A stretch of 64,000 bases of DNA from an uncultured Acidobacteriota bacterium (GTDB lineage Bacteria; Acidobacteriota; Thermoanaerobaculia; Multivoradales; SZUA-115): positions 32,001-96,000 of the forward strand of contig CAWDVR010000006.1 in the NCBI GenBank assembly GCA_963805975.1, read 5' to 3'. Below, piece after piece: positions 14,075 to 23,517 of the stretch; the stretch's first letter is position 1; the number at the start of each line of letters is the position of its first letter. The position numbers were made by a program, and so were the translations under genes. Under the pieces are notes generated by a model. The model did no database searches. It saw only the letters and a list, made by a program, of their open reading frames with translations, and was not told the origin of the DNA.

Positions 14075-14833
14075 ATGCCCCGCATCCTGATCACCAACGA
14101 CGACGGCGTGTTCTCGACCGGCATCAAGGCGCTGGCCTCGGAGCTCTCGACCCTGGCCGAAGTGATCGTGGTCGCTCCCGACCGCGAGCAGAGCGCCACC
14201 AGCCACGCGCTCACGCTGCACCGGCCGCTGCGCCTGCAACGGCTGGAGGAGAACTGGTACGCGGTGGACGGCACGCCCACCGACTGCGTCAACCTGGCGA
14301 TCCTCTCGCTGCTCGAGAAGACGCCGCCGGACATGGTGGTCTCCGGCATCAACTTCGGCCTCAACCTGGGCGACGACGTGACCTACTCCGGCACGGTGAG
14401 CGCCACCTTCGAGGGCTCGCTCCTGGGCATTCCCTCGGTGGCCTTCAGCCAGGAGGTGGCCGAGGGGTTCTCCTTCGAGCGCGGGGCGAGCTTCGCACGG
14501 CTCCTGATCGAGACGCTGCTCTCCGCGCCGCGGCGGCCGGGCCTGCTGGTCAACGTCAACTTCCCGGCCGGGCCGTTCGCCGGCGTCCGGCTCACGCGTC
14601 TCGGGCGCCGCGAGTACAAGCAGTCGATCGTCGAGAAGCTCGACCCGCGGGGCCGCAAGTACTACTGGATCGCCGGCACGCCGGAGTGGGAGCAGGCCGA
14701 GGGCACGGACCAGCACGCGGTGTCGCAGGGGTGCGTGTCGCTGACGCCGCTGCATCTCGACCTCACCTCGTACCCTGCGATCGAGGATCTGACCGGCCTG
14801 CGCGACCGCCTGGACACCGCGCTCAGGGCCTAG
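14075..14833 (+). CDS. surE: 5'/3'-nucleotidase SurE
   Basis: ILITNDDG, GTPTDCV and SGIN.G.N.G.DV.YSGTV motifs. Confidence 0.97.
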   Translation: MPRILITNDDGVFSTGIKALASELSTLAEVIVVAPDREQSATSHALTLHRPLRLQRLEENWYAVDGTPTDCVNLAILSLLEKTPPDMVVSGINFGLNLGDDVTYSGTVSATFEGSLLGIPSVAFSQEVAEGFSFERGASFARLLIETLLSAPRRPGLLVNVNFPAGPFAGVRLTRLGRREYKQSIVEKLDPRGRKYYWIAGTPEWEQAEGTDQHAVSQGCVSLTPLHLDLTSYPAIEDLTGLRDRLDTALRA

Positions 14834-14841
14834 CCGCACCG

Positions 14842-15489
14842 ATGATCGACTACACGCTGCGCCGCGAGAGCATGGTGCGGGACCAGATCGCGGCCCGTGG
14901 CGTCGCCGATCCACGGGTGCTCGCCGCCCTGCGCAAGGTGCCGCGCCACGAGTTCGTGCCCGAGCACCTGCGCCACCAGGCCTACGGCGACCATGCGCTG
15001 CCCATCGCCGGCGGGCAGACCATCTCGCAGCCCTTCGTGGTGGCGCGCATGACCGAGCTGCTCAAGGTGGAGCCGGAGGCGAGCGTGCTCGAGATCGGCA
15101 GCGGCTCGGGCTACCAGACGGCGGTACTGGCACAGCTCGCCCGCCGGGTGTTCAGCCTGGAGCGTGTGCCCGAGCTGGCGCGCCAGGCGGTCGAGCGCAT
15201 GCGGCAGATGAAGCTCGACAACGTCAAGGTGCAGGTCTTCGACGGCACCATGGGCTGGAAGGACATGGGGCCGTTCGACCGCATCCTGGTCACGGCCGGC
15301 GCACCCCACGTGCCGCCGCCGCTCCTCGAGCAGCTCGCGCTCGGCGGCCGGCTGGTGATCCCCGAGGGCGACCGCATGCGCCAGAAGCTGGTGATCTACG
15401 ACCGGACCAAGCGCGGCATGCGGCGCACCGAGGGCGACCCCGTGGCGTTCGTGCCGCTGATCGGCCGCCACGGCTGGGACAAGGACTGA
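14842..15489 (+). CDS. pcm: Protein-L-isoaspartate O-methyltransferase
   Basis: VPRHEFVP, GQTISQP, VLEIGSGSGYQ and FVPLIG motifs; follows surE. Confidence 0.96.
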   Translation: MIDYTLRRESMVRDQIAARGVADPRVLAALRKVPRHEFVPEHLRHQAYGDHALPIAGGQTISQPFVVARMTELLKVEPEASVLEIGSGSGYQTAVLAQLARRVFSLERVPELARQAVERMRQMKLDNVKVQVFDGTMGWKDMGPFDRILVTAGAPHVPPPLLEQLALGGRLVIPEGDRMRQKLVIYDRTKRGMRRTEGDPVAFVPLIGRHGWDKD

Positions 15490-15646
15490 CCAGCCCGTTC
15501 CCGCTCCGACCGCGGGCGTAGCTTTTCTTACCGGCTCCGAGCTCCATCACCCTTTCATGGGGTGCACCCATGACACAATCATTGTTTGGTGCGCTCGGCG
15601 GATGCCTCCGCCAGAAGCGCGACCCCACAAAGGCAGCGGAAACTCT

Positions 15647-16276
15647 ATGGAAACGGCAGCTCCCTCGGTCCTCCTGGCTGGTTCGCCGATTGCCCCACCC
15701 TGCCATGCATGCGCCTTTTTCAACTCGAAGGAAGAAGAGTACGACGTGCTCCTCTCGTTCATCAGGGAGGGGTTCGACCAGGGCGACAAGAGCTTTCACA
15801 TCATCGACGAAGCCAGGCGCTCCGAGTACCTGGACCGCCTGGCGGGTAGCGGCATCGATCTCCAGGCCGCGGAGCAGAGCGGACAGCTCGAGGTCCGAGG
15901 CTGGGAGAACGCCCATCTGCGGCCCGGCTGGTTCGACCAGGAGGCGATGCTCGCGCTGGTGGAGGAGGTCTTGAGCGACTCCCGCCAGAAGGGCTTCCGG
16001 CACACCCGCTGGGTGGCCAACATGGGGTGGGCGCTCGAGGATCGGCCTGGAGTCCAGGACCTGGTCGAGTACTGCGCGCGCCTCAACCAGGTGGTGCCCA
16101 AGTACCACGCGTCGGTGATCTGCACCTATGACCTCGCCCGCTTCACGGCGGCCCAGGTGGTCGATGTCCTGCGCTGCCATCCGATGGCCGTGATCGGCGG
16201 GATCGTGCAGCACAACCCGTTCTTCGTCCCTCCCGAGGAGCTCGTCCGGGAGATCCGCGAGGCGCGTCACCATTAG
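15647..16276 (+). CDS. MEDS (DcmR-like sensory) domain protein
   Basis: H.CAFF.S..EEY, R..ANM.W, IC.YDL.RF and HP..IIGG...NPFF.PP motifs. Confidence 0.88.
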   Translation: METAAPSVLLAGSPIAPPCHACAFFNSKEEEYDVLLSFIREGFDQGDKSFHIIDEARRSEYLDRLAGSGIDLQAAEQSGQLEVRGWENAHLRPGWFDQEAMLALVEEVLSDSRQKGFRHTRWVANMGWALEDRPGVQDLVEYCARLNQVVPKYHASVICTYDLARFTAAQVVDVLRCHPMAVIGGIVQHNPFFVPPEELVREIREARHH

Positions 16277-16321
16277 CTCTCCTGCGAGGCACTTCTCAAG
16301 CGAGGCGAGCGGATCGGAGCG

Positions 16322-18433
16322 ATGAGCCAGCCACCGGACGAAGCGGACCGCCTCCGCCGGACATTGCGTGACCTGGTGGCCCTTTCGGTCCTGCCCGCCG
16401 CCTGGCAGAGCTACGACCTCGACCGCCTCGCCGACAGCGCCGCCGAGATGGCGGTGAGCGTTCTTTCCGTCGACCTCGGGTATCTCCGACTGGGGCCGAC
16501 CCCGGGGGCGTCGAGCGAGGCCGTACGGCTTCCGGGCGGGCCGGCCTCGCCGGAGGAGGCACGGAAGGTGTGCGAAGCCCTCCTCCCCTGGCTGCAGCAC
16601 TCGCCGAGCCCGCGCGGGACGATGGCCGACCCGCTGGGGGAGGGCGTGCTCCACCTGGCCGCGGCGCGCTTCGGCTCGGGCCTCGACGAGGGGGTGCTGG
16701 TCGCCGGCTCGCGCCGCGCCGACTTTCCGAACGAGGCGGAGCGGCTGCTGCTGAGCGTCGCGGCCAATCAGGTCGCGACTGTCACCTACCGCATTCGCGC
16801 CGACCACGAGCGGTCGACCTTGATCGAGCGCTCGCATCTCCTGGCGGCGGTCGTCGAGTCCACCCAGGACGCCGTGGTGAGCAAGACCCTCGAGGGGGTG
16901 ATCACCTCCTGGAACCGGGGCGCCGAGCGCTTGTTCGGCTATTCGGCGGCGGAGGCCGTCGGCCGGCCGGTCACCATGCTGATCCCCGCCGGTCGCCACC
17001 ACGAGGAGGATCTGATCCTCGGGCGGATCCGGCGCAACGAGACCGTGGACTCCTACGACACCATCCGTCAGCGCAAGGACGGGAGCCTGGTCGAGATCTC
17101 GCTCACCGTGTCCCCGATCCTCGGCCCCGAAGGGCGCGTGATCGGAGCCTCGAAGATCGCGCGCGACATCACCGATCGCCGGCGCATCGAGGCCGAGCGG
17201 CAAATGGCCTGGCAGCGCGAGCGCGAGGCGCACAAGGAGACGCAGCTCGCCGAGGAGCGCGAGCGCGCCGCCCGCACCGCGGCCGAGCGCGCGTCGCGAT
17301 TGCGCGACGAGTTCCTGGCCACCGTCTCCCACGAGCTGCGCAACCCGCTGAACAGCGTCCTCGGTTGGACGGAGCTGCTGCGGCGCGCTCCGGAGGACGA
17401 AGAGACCAGGACGCAGGCGGTGGAAGCGATCGAGCGTGGAGCCCGGGCCCAGACCCGATTGATCGACGATCTCCTGGACATGAGTCGCATCATCTCCGGC
17501 AAGCTGCGCCTCGACGTCCAGACGGTGGATCTGGCGCCCGTCGTCCAGGCGGCGGTGGAGACTATCCAGCCCGCGGCGGAGGTCAAGGAGATCCGCATCG
17601 AGCAGGTGATCGACCCGCTGGCCGGCCCGATCAAGGGCGACTCCTCCCGATTGCTGCAGATCCTCTGGAACCTGCTGTCCAACGCCGTCAAGTTCACTCC
17701 CAAGGGCGGCAAGGTCCAGGTCCATCTCGAGCGGGTCAACTCCCACGTCGAGCTGAGCGTCAGTGACACCGGCGTGGGCATCGTGCCCGAGTTCCTGCCC
17801 CACGTCTTCGACCGCTTCCGGCAGGCCGACAGCTCCACCACCCGCCGCTTCGGCGGCCTCGGCCTGGGCCTCTCGCTGGTCAAGCACCTGGTCGAGCTGC
17901 ACGGCGGGCGGGTCTGGGCGAGGAGCGCCGGAGAGGGGTTGGGCTCGACCTTCAGCGTCCACCTGCCGATCGCCATCGTGCGGCAGGACTCGGCCGGGCG
18001 CGAGCACCCTGCGGCACCTCGCCCGGTGGAGGAGCCCTGGGAAGAGGTGGACCTGGCCGGCATTCGAGTGCTGGTGGTGGATGACGACCCGGACGCCTGC
18101 GAGGTGCTGCGCCGGGTGCTCGAGGAGCGCGGCGCCAAAGTGGCGGTTGCGACCTCGGCGCGGGCGGCGCTCGACCAGCTCGAGCAGCGCGAGCCGGACG
18201 TCCTGGTCAGCGACATCGGCATGCCGGAGATCGACGGCTACGAGCTCATCCGGCGGGTCCGGGCCCGCGGCTCGACGCTGGCGGCGGTCGCGGTCACCGC
18301 CTTCGCCCGCGCGGAGGACCGCATTCGAGCGCTGCGCGCGGGCTTCAACATGCACGTCGCCAAACCCCTCGAACCCAAGGAGCTGATCGCCGTCGTCGCG
18401 GCGCTGGTCAGCACTGAGTCGTCGGGCCGATAG
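16322..18433 (+). CDS. Hybrid sensor histidine kinase (N-terminal sensor, PAS, HisKA, HATPase, receiver)
   Basis: PAS (ITSWN.GAE), SHELRNPL, NLLSNAVKFT, GGLGLGL and receiver SDIGMP motifs. Confidence 0.95.
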   Translation: MSQPPDEADRLRRTLRDLVALSVLPAAWQSYDLDRLADSAAEMAVSVLSVDLGYLRLGPTPGASSEAVRLPGGPASPEEARKVCEALLPWLQHSPSPRGTMADPLGEGVLHLAAARFGSGLDEGVLVAGSRRADFPNEAERLLLSVAANQVATVTYRIRADHERSTLIERSHLLAAVVESTQDAVVSKTLEGVITSWNRGAERLFGYSAAEAVGRPVTMLIPAGRHHEEDLILGRIRRNETVDSYDTIRQRKDGSLVEISLTVSPILGPEGRVIGASKIARDITDRRRIEAERQMAWQREREAHKETQLAEERERAARTAAERASRLRDEFLATVSHELRNPLNSVLGWTELLRRAPEDEETRTQAVEAIERGARAQTRLIDDLLDMSRIISGKLRLDVQTVDLAPVVQAAVETIQPAAEVKEIRIEQVIDPLAGPIKGDSSRLLQILWNLLSNAVKFTPKGGKVQVHLERVNSHVELSVSDTGVGIVPEFLPHVFDRFRQADSSTTRRFGGLGLGLSLVKHLVELHGGRVWARSAGEGLGSTFSVHLPIAIVRQDSAGREHPAAPRPVEEPWEEVDLAGIRVLVVDDDPDACEVLRRVLEERGAKVAVATSARAALDQLEQREPDVLVSDIGMPEIDGYELIRRVRARGSTLAAVAVTAFARAEDRIRALRAGFNMHVAKPLEPKELIAVVAALVSTESSGR

Positions 18434-18460
18434 ATAGAGGGGAGCTCTGCGGGAGAGAGC

Positions 18461-18976
18461 ATGGACGAGCTGAAGCGCTACATCCGCGAGGTGCCGGACT
18501 TCCCCAAGCCCGGCATCCTCTTCTACGACATCACCACGCTGCTGCGCGACCCGCGGGGCCTGCGCCTGACCGTGGACCGCATGGTGGAGCAGTTCTCCGA
18601 TCTGCCGGTCGACCGCGTGGTGGGCATCGAGTCGCGCGGGTTCTTCTTCGGCCCGCTCCTCGCCTACCAGCTCGGCGCCGGCTTCGTGCCGGTGAGAAAG
18701 CCCGGCAAGCTGCCGGCCGCGATCTTCAGCCAGGCCTACGACCTCGAGTACGGCACCGACCAGGTGGAGATGCACCGGGACGGCGTCGAGCCCGGCGAGC
18801 GGGTGCTGATCGTCGACGACGTGATCGCCACCGGCGGCACGGCGCTCGCCACCGCCAAGCTGGTGGAGGCGGCCGGCGCGACGGTCGCTGCGCTCGGCTT
18901 CCTGGTCGAGCTGACCTTCCTCGCCGGGCGGGCTCGGCTGCCCGGCTACGAGGTGCGGTCGCTGATCCAATACTAG
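18461..18976 (+). CDS. apt: Adenine phosphoribosyltransferase
   Basis: [18 protein letters not shown] and [10 protein letters not shown] motifs. Confidence 0.97.
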   Translation: MDELKRYIREVPDFPKPGILFYDITTLLRDPRGLRLTVDRMVEQFSDLPVDRVVGIESRGFFFGPLLAYQLGAGFVPVRKPGKLPAAIFSQAYDLEYGTDQVEMHRDGVEPGERVLIVDDVIATGGTALATAKLVEAAGATVAALGFLVELTFLAGRARLPGYEVRSLIQY

Positions 18977-19001
18977 GGGCTGCGCTATACTTTCGAGGTT
19001 T

Positions 19002-19078
19002 GCGGCTGTAGCTCAGATGGATAGAGCTGGTGCGTCCTAAGCACAGGGTCGGGGGTTCAAGTCCCTCCAGCCGCACCA
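19002..19078 (+). tRNA. tRNA-Arg(CCT)
   Basis: Acceptor stem GCGGCTG/CAGCCGC, D-loop with A20, anticodon loop GT-CCT-AA, TTCAAGT T-loop and encoded CCA; TATACT -10 at 18986. Confidence 0.93.
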
Positions 19079-19141
19079 TCACCCGCTGACCCTTCAACCT
19101 CCCACTCCACGGTCCAAGCCGGACGATCCCAGAGAAAGCCG

Positions 19142-19879
19142 ATGAGCCACCTGACCCGCAAGGAGATCAAGCGCGACGAGTTCACCCAGGTTCTGGGCCG
19201 CACCGTCGACTATGCCTCGAGCCACAGCCAGCTCATCGTCAAGGGACTGATCGCCCTCGTCGCGGTGCTGGTCATTGCCGGCCTCGCCGTGCTCTTCTTC
19301 CGCAACCGTGCGGCCACGGCGAGCGAGGCCCTGGCCCAGGCGATGCTGGTCTACCAGGCCGAGATCAATCCCACCACCCCCCAGCCGGACGACCCCGGCA
19401 AGCCCTCGTTCCGCGACGAGCCGAGCCGCCGCGCCCGCGCCACGGAGTTGTTCGAAGGCGTGCGCTCCCGCTACGGCGGCTCCGAGGCGGGCCGGGTGGC
19501 CAAGGTCTATCTCGGGCGGCTCGCGGCCGAGAAGGGCGACCTCGCCGCCGCCCGCGCGCTGTGGAAGGAAGCGCTCGACGGTGCGCCGCGCGACGTCCTC
19601 ACCTCGGCCCTGGAGCTCGACATGGTGAAGCTCGACCTCGCGGAGGGCAAGGACAACGAAGTGGTGACGCGGCTCGAGAGCATGCTCGCGAAGACCGAGA
19701 AGCCGATCCCCGCGGACGTGATCCTCTACGAGCTGGCGGGCGTGCACGAGAAGCTCGGCAAGACCGAAGAGGCCCTCTCCGCCTACCAGCGCATCGTCAA
19801 CGAGTTCCCCCGCTCCCCCTACCTGCCCGAGGCGCAGCAGAAGACCACCAGTCTGGGCGGCTCGCGCGCCACTTCCTAG
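19142..19879 (+). CDS. Membrane-anchored TPR protein, YfgM-like
   Basis: LTRKEIKRDEF N-terminus, a single TM helix, then TPR helices ending in ...EFP.SPY. Confidence 0.8.
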   Translation: MSHLTRKEIKRDEFTQVLGRTVDYASSHSQLIVKGLIALVAVLVIAGLAVLFFRNRAATASEALAQAMLVYQAEINPTTPQPDDPGKPSFRDEPSRRARATELFEGVRSRYGGSEAGRVAKVYLGRLAAEKGDLAAARALWKEALDGAPRDVLTSALELDMVKLDLAEGKDNEVVTRLESMLAKTEKPIPADVILYELAGVHEKLGKTEEALSAYQRIVNEFPRSPYLPEAQQKTTSLGGSRATS

Positions 19880-19884
19880 GGCGC

Positions 19885-21174
19885 ATGACACCGCCCTACA
19901 GGATCCTCGAGCGCCAGCGCTCGGGGATCCCGCTCGCCGACTCCGACATCCGCGAGGTGGTGCAGGGCGCGGCCGACGGCTCGTGGGCGGACGCCCAGCT
20001 CGGCGCCTTCCTGATGGCGGCGGCGCTCAACGGTCTCGACGGCCGCGAGACCCGCACCCTGACCGAGGCCATGCTCGACTCCGGCGAGCGCTGGGACCTG
20101 GCGCGCGACCTCCCGGCGGTGGGCGACAAGCACTCGACCGGCGGCGTGGGCGACAAGGTGTCGCTGGTCCTGGCGCCCCTCCTCGCCGCCTGCGACCGCC
20201 AGGTGGTGATGCTCACCGGCCGCGGCCTGGGGCACACCGGCGGCACGGCGGACAAGCTCGAGGCCATCGCCGGCCTGGACCTGGCGCTCGACCGGGAGCG
20301 GGCCCTCGCGGCGATCGCCAGGAGCGGCGCCGCGATCGGCATGGCGACCGGCGCGATCGCGCCGGCCGACCGCAAGCTCTACGCGCTGCGCGACGTCACC
20401 GCCACCATCGACTCGCTGCCGCTGATCACCGCCAGCATCCTCTCCAAGAAGCTCGCCACCGGCGCCGCGGCCGTGGTCTACGACGTCAAGACCGGCCCCG
20501 GCGCCTTCCTTCCCGAGCCGGAGCGCGCCCGCCAGCTCGCCGAGCTGCTGGTCTCGATCTCGAGCGCCCTGGGCACGCCGGCCTCGGCCATCCTCACCGA
20601 CATGAGCCAGCCGCTGGGCGAGTGGGCGGGCCACGCGGCCGAGGTGCGGGAGACGCTGGCCTGCCTGACGGGCGACGGTCCCGCCGACCTGATGGAGGTC
20701 ACCTTCACCCTCAGCCTGGAGCTGGCGGCCCTGGTCGGACGGCCGCTCACGCAAGAGGAGCTCACGGCCGCCATCGCCTCCGGCCGTGCCCACCGCGCCT
20801 TCGAGCGCTGGGCCGAGGCGCAGGGTGCCGCGCCGGGCTGGGAGCGCCACGCGGCGCTCGACCTGGCGCCGGTCGAGATGGTGCTCGAGGCCGAGCAGGG
20901 CGGCACGCTCGTCGCCGTGGACACCAAGGAGCTGGGCCTGCTGCTCGCCGAGGCGGGGGGCGGGCGGCAGAAGCCCGGCGACGCCATCGACCACGGGGTG
21001 TCGCTGTGGTACCGCGCGCGGCTCGGCCGGCGGCTCGAACGCGGGGACGAGCTGGCCCGCCTCTACCTGCGGCAAGCGGACGCCGATCTCGCCCGTAGGT
21101 TCCGCTCCTGCTTCACGCTGGGAGAGGAGCCGCTGGTGGCGCCGGCCCTGATCCAGGAGCGCATCGGCCCGTGA
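19885..21174 (+). CDS. pdp: Thymidine/pyrimidine-nucleoside phosphorylase
   Basis: DKHSTGGVGDK, GRGLGHTGGT.DKLE and ASILSKKLA motifs. Confidence 0.93.
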   Translation: MTPPYRILERQRSGIPLADSDIREVVQGAADGSWADAQLGAFLMAAALNGLDGRETRTLTEAMLDSGERWDLARDLPAVGDKHSTGGVGDKVSLVLAPLLAACDRQVVMLTGRGLGHTGGTADKLEAIAGLDLALDRERALAAIARSGAAIGMATGAIAPADRKLYALRDVTATIDSLPLITASILSKKLATGAAAVVYDVKTGPGAFLPEPERARQLAELLVSISSALGTPASAILTDMSQPLGEWAGHAAEVRETLACLTGDGPADLMEVTFTLSLELAALVGRPLTQEELTAAIASGRAHRAFERWAEAQGAAPGWERHAALDLAPVEMVLEAEQGGTLVAVDTKELGLLLAEAGGGRQKPGDAIDHGVSLWYRARLGRRLERGDELARLYLRQADADLARRFRSCFTLGEEPLVAPALIQERIGP

Positions 21175-21199
21175 GAGACCTCCGCCCGAGAGCCTGACT

Positions 21200-22459
21200 G
21201 TGAAAGCCGCCATCATCGCCGTCGGCTCCGAGATGCTCGGCAGCGAGCGCCTGGACACCAACTCGCTCCGCCTCTCGGCGCTCCTCGCGCGCTACGGCGT
21301 GGAGCTGCGGCGCAAGAGCGTGGTGGGCGACCTCGAGGCCGACCTGGTGGCCGAGATCGACGCCCTGCTCCCGGCCTTCGACCTGGTGATCGTCTCCGGC
21401 GGCCTGGGCCCCACGGCCGACGATGTCACGCGGCCGGCCGTGGCGGCGGCCCTCGGCCGTGGGATCTCGATCGACGCCGCCGTGGTGGCCGTGATCGAGG
21501 AGCGTTTCGCGCGCATGGGCCGCAAGATGGCCGCGGTCAACCGCCGGCAGGCGGAAGTGATCGACGGCGCCACCGTGCTCGCCAACGACCGCGGCTCGGC
21601 GCCCGGCCTGACGCTTACCGAGGGCCGCACCACCCTCTTCCTCTTCCCCGGCGTGCCCTCGGAGCTGGACGCGATGTCCGCCCGCTACCTCGATCCGTGG
21701 CTCGCCGAGCGCACGGGCGGCGCCGCGCTCGAGACCGTGGTGCTCAAGGTCTCCTGCGTTGCCGAGTCCACGCTCGAGGAGTGGATCGCGCCGGCCTATG
21801 AGGACTTCGGCCGCGAGGCGATCACCGTGCTCGCCAAGCCGGGCGAGATCGAGGTCTGGGCCACGGCCACCGGCGAGCCGGCGGCGCGGCAGGCACGCCT
21901 GGCGACGATGAAGGCCCGGCTCACCGGGCTGATCGGCGATTTCCTCTACGCCGAAGGTCCGAAGGCGACGCTCGAGGCCACGGTGGGCGAGCTGCTGCGC
22001 CAGGCCGGCGCGACCCTCGCCACGGCCGAGTCGTGTACCGGCGGCCTGGTGGCCGAGCGCATGACGCGGGTGCCCGGTTCGAGCAACTACTTCGTGGGCG
22101 CCGCCGTCACCTACTCGAACGCGCTCAAGACCCTCCTCCTCGGCGTGCCGCCCGAGCTGATCGCGACCCACGGTGCGGTGTCCGAAGAGGTGGCGCGGGC
22201 CATGGCCGCCGGCGCCCGCGAGCGCCTGGGAGCCGACTACGCCCTCGCCCTCACCGGCGTCGCCGGCCCCGGCGGCGGCAGCCCGGAGAAGCCCGTGGGC
22301 ACGGTCGAGATCGCCCTCGCCGGCCCCGGAGACGGCGACCTCGAGTCCCGCCGCATCCGCTACCCCGGCGACCGCGAGCGCATCCGCTGGATCGCGAGCC
22401 AGATCGCCCTCGAGATGCTGCGGCGCAAGCTGGCGGGGTTACTCCCTCTGAGGCTCTAA
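21200..22459 (+). CDS. cinA: Competence/damage-inducible protein A (MoCF-like plus NMN deamidase)
   Basis: GGLGPTADD, AESCTGG, GAVSEEVA and TGVAGPGGG motifs. Confidence 0.95.
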   Translation: MKAAIIAVGSEMLGSERLDTNSLRLSALLARYGVELRRKSVVGDLEADLVAEIDALLPAFDLVIVSGGLGPTADDVTRPAVAAALGRGISIDAAVVAVIEERFARMGRKMAAVNRRQAEVIDGATVLANDRGSAPGLTLTEGRTTLFLFPGVPSELDAMSARYLDPWLAERTGGAALETVVLKVSCVAESTLEEWIAPAYEDFGREAITVLAKPGEIEVWATATGEPAARQARLATMKARLTGLIGDFLYAEGPKATLEATVGELLRQAGATLATAESCTGGLVAERMTRVPGSSNYFVGAAVTYSNALKTLLLGVPPELIATHGAVSEEVARAMAAGARERLGADYALALTGVAGPGGGSPEKPVGTVEIALAGPGDGDLESRRIRYPGDRERIRWIASQIALEMLRRKLAGLLPLRL

Positions 22460-23512
22460 GGGGAGTCTAATGTCGGCGTCGCAAGGTTGACAGGAGTCTT
22501 GGGTGGCCAGCCACCGTCGCCGCTCGATGCCTCCCAACATCGGAGGCCAGAAGGTCGTCTGTCTGGGAGTGGCTTTGTTGATACAAGATTCGTCGCGCTT
22601 CGGCTCTTCCGACATGCAGCCGAGTAACACGGCGTTGCGCCGCTCGAATGTGTACTCCGGACACTCTTCCCGCCTCATATCCCCCCGCCTCTTCTCCCAG
22701 TAGCCCAGGCGATAGTACCAAAGCAGGTAGGGTAGGACATCAAAGAAGACCTCAGCTTGTTCCGCTGGATCCTGAAGCACCGGACCCATACCTGGAGCCT
22801 TGGGGAGTCTGCTAAGACGAAGTGTATTTGCGAGGTTGCGTATCGTAACTGCAACCTCATCCGCTTCTGATATTCGATAGATTACGATCGAGAAGGGGCC
22901 GCCGGCGCAGGAGTAGAGGCGGAGACGTCGAGCGTACTTATACGTTACCTTTAAGCTATCGGACAAGGCACGGGGGAAGTACTGGTCTTCCCTGCAGTCA
23001 GAACGATACCAACAGGTATATGGTGATGAGCTAGGCCACAGGTCACCCGCACGGATCATTCCCGTGCGAAAATCCAAGCTCGTTGGAGTATAGGAGGAGT
23101 CCTTCAGGCGATTCTCTCGTAGACCATTGGAGCGCTGGTCAATCTCGTAGAGCCGTGGAAGCCCCTCGAGGCTGTCGTAGTCAATATGGTTTCTTCGTTC
23201 AAAGTCGTCTGGCTCGAGGCAGATGTTGCCCTCAGGAATCTGACAACGAACTACCTTGACCGCCTCCTCCTCCACTTCTTCGCAATACTTACTTTCCGGA
23301 GGGTCAAGCTCGAAGTCGTCTGCCAAAAATTCGAGCTGTAGACGAGTTTTTACGGTGTTGTACCAGCCGCAGGTCTTCTGCGGGCCGTTTGCCTTCGCTA
23401 CCCAGGCAGTGTTCCACCCCGTTCGCGTAGGGCAGTCCTTGTCGTCTTTCAAGCAGATCAGCATCAAGCCAGTGAAGAACACATCGATACCCACAGGCAC
23501 CGCTCCCTTCAT
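22439..23512 (-). CDS. Hypothetical Cys-rich protein (357 aa, 14 Cys), lower GC, directly downstream of the CHAT gene
   Basis: Long ORF with visibly more A/T than the flanks; ATG 5 nt after the CHAT stop. Confidence 0.8.
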   Translation of the reverse strand: MKGAVPVGIDVFFTGLMLICLKDDKDCPTRTGWNTAWVAKANGPQKTCGWYNTVKTRLQLEFLADDFELDPPESKYCEEVEEEAVKVVRCQIPEGNICLEPDDFERRNHIDYDSLEGLPRLYEIDQRSNGLRENRLKDSSYTPTSLDFRTGMIRAGDLWPSSSPYTCWYRSDCREDQYFPRALSDSLKVTYKYARRLRLYSCAGGPFSIVIYRISEADEVAVTIRNLANTLRLSRLPKAPGMGPVLQDPAEQAEVFFDVLPYLLWYYRLGYWEKRRGDMRREECPEYTFERRNAVLLGCMSEEPKRDESCINKATPRQTTFWPPMLGGIERRRWLATQDSCQPCDADIRLPLEPQRE

Positions 23513-23517
23513 GCGGC

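Noticed and set aside
22439-23512. CHAT partner as a bacterial gasdermin
   Set aside because: No recognisable gasdermin features by eye; a structure search would be needed.
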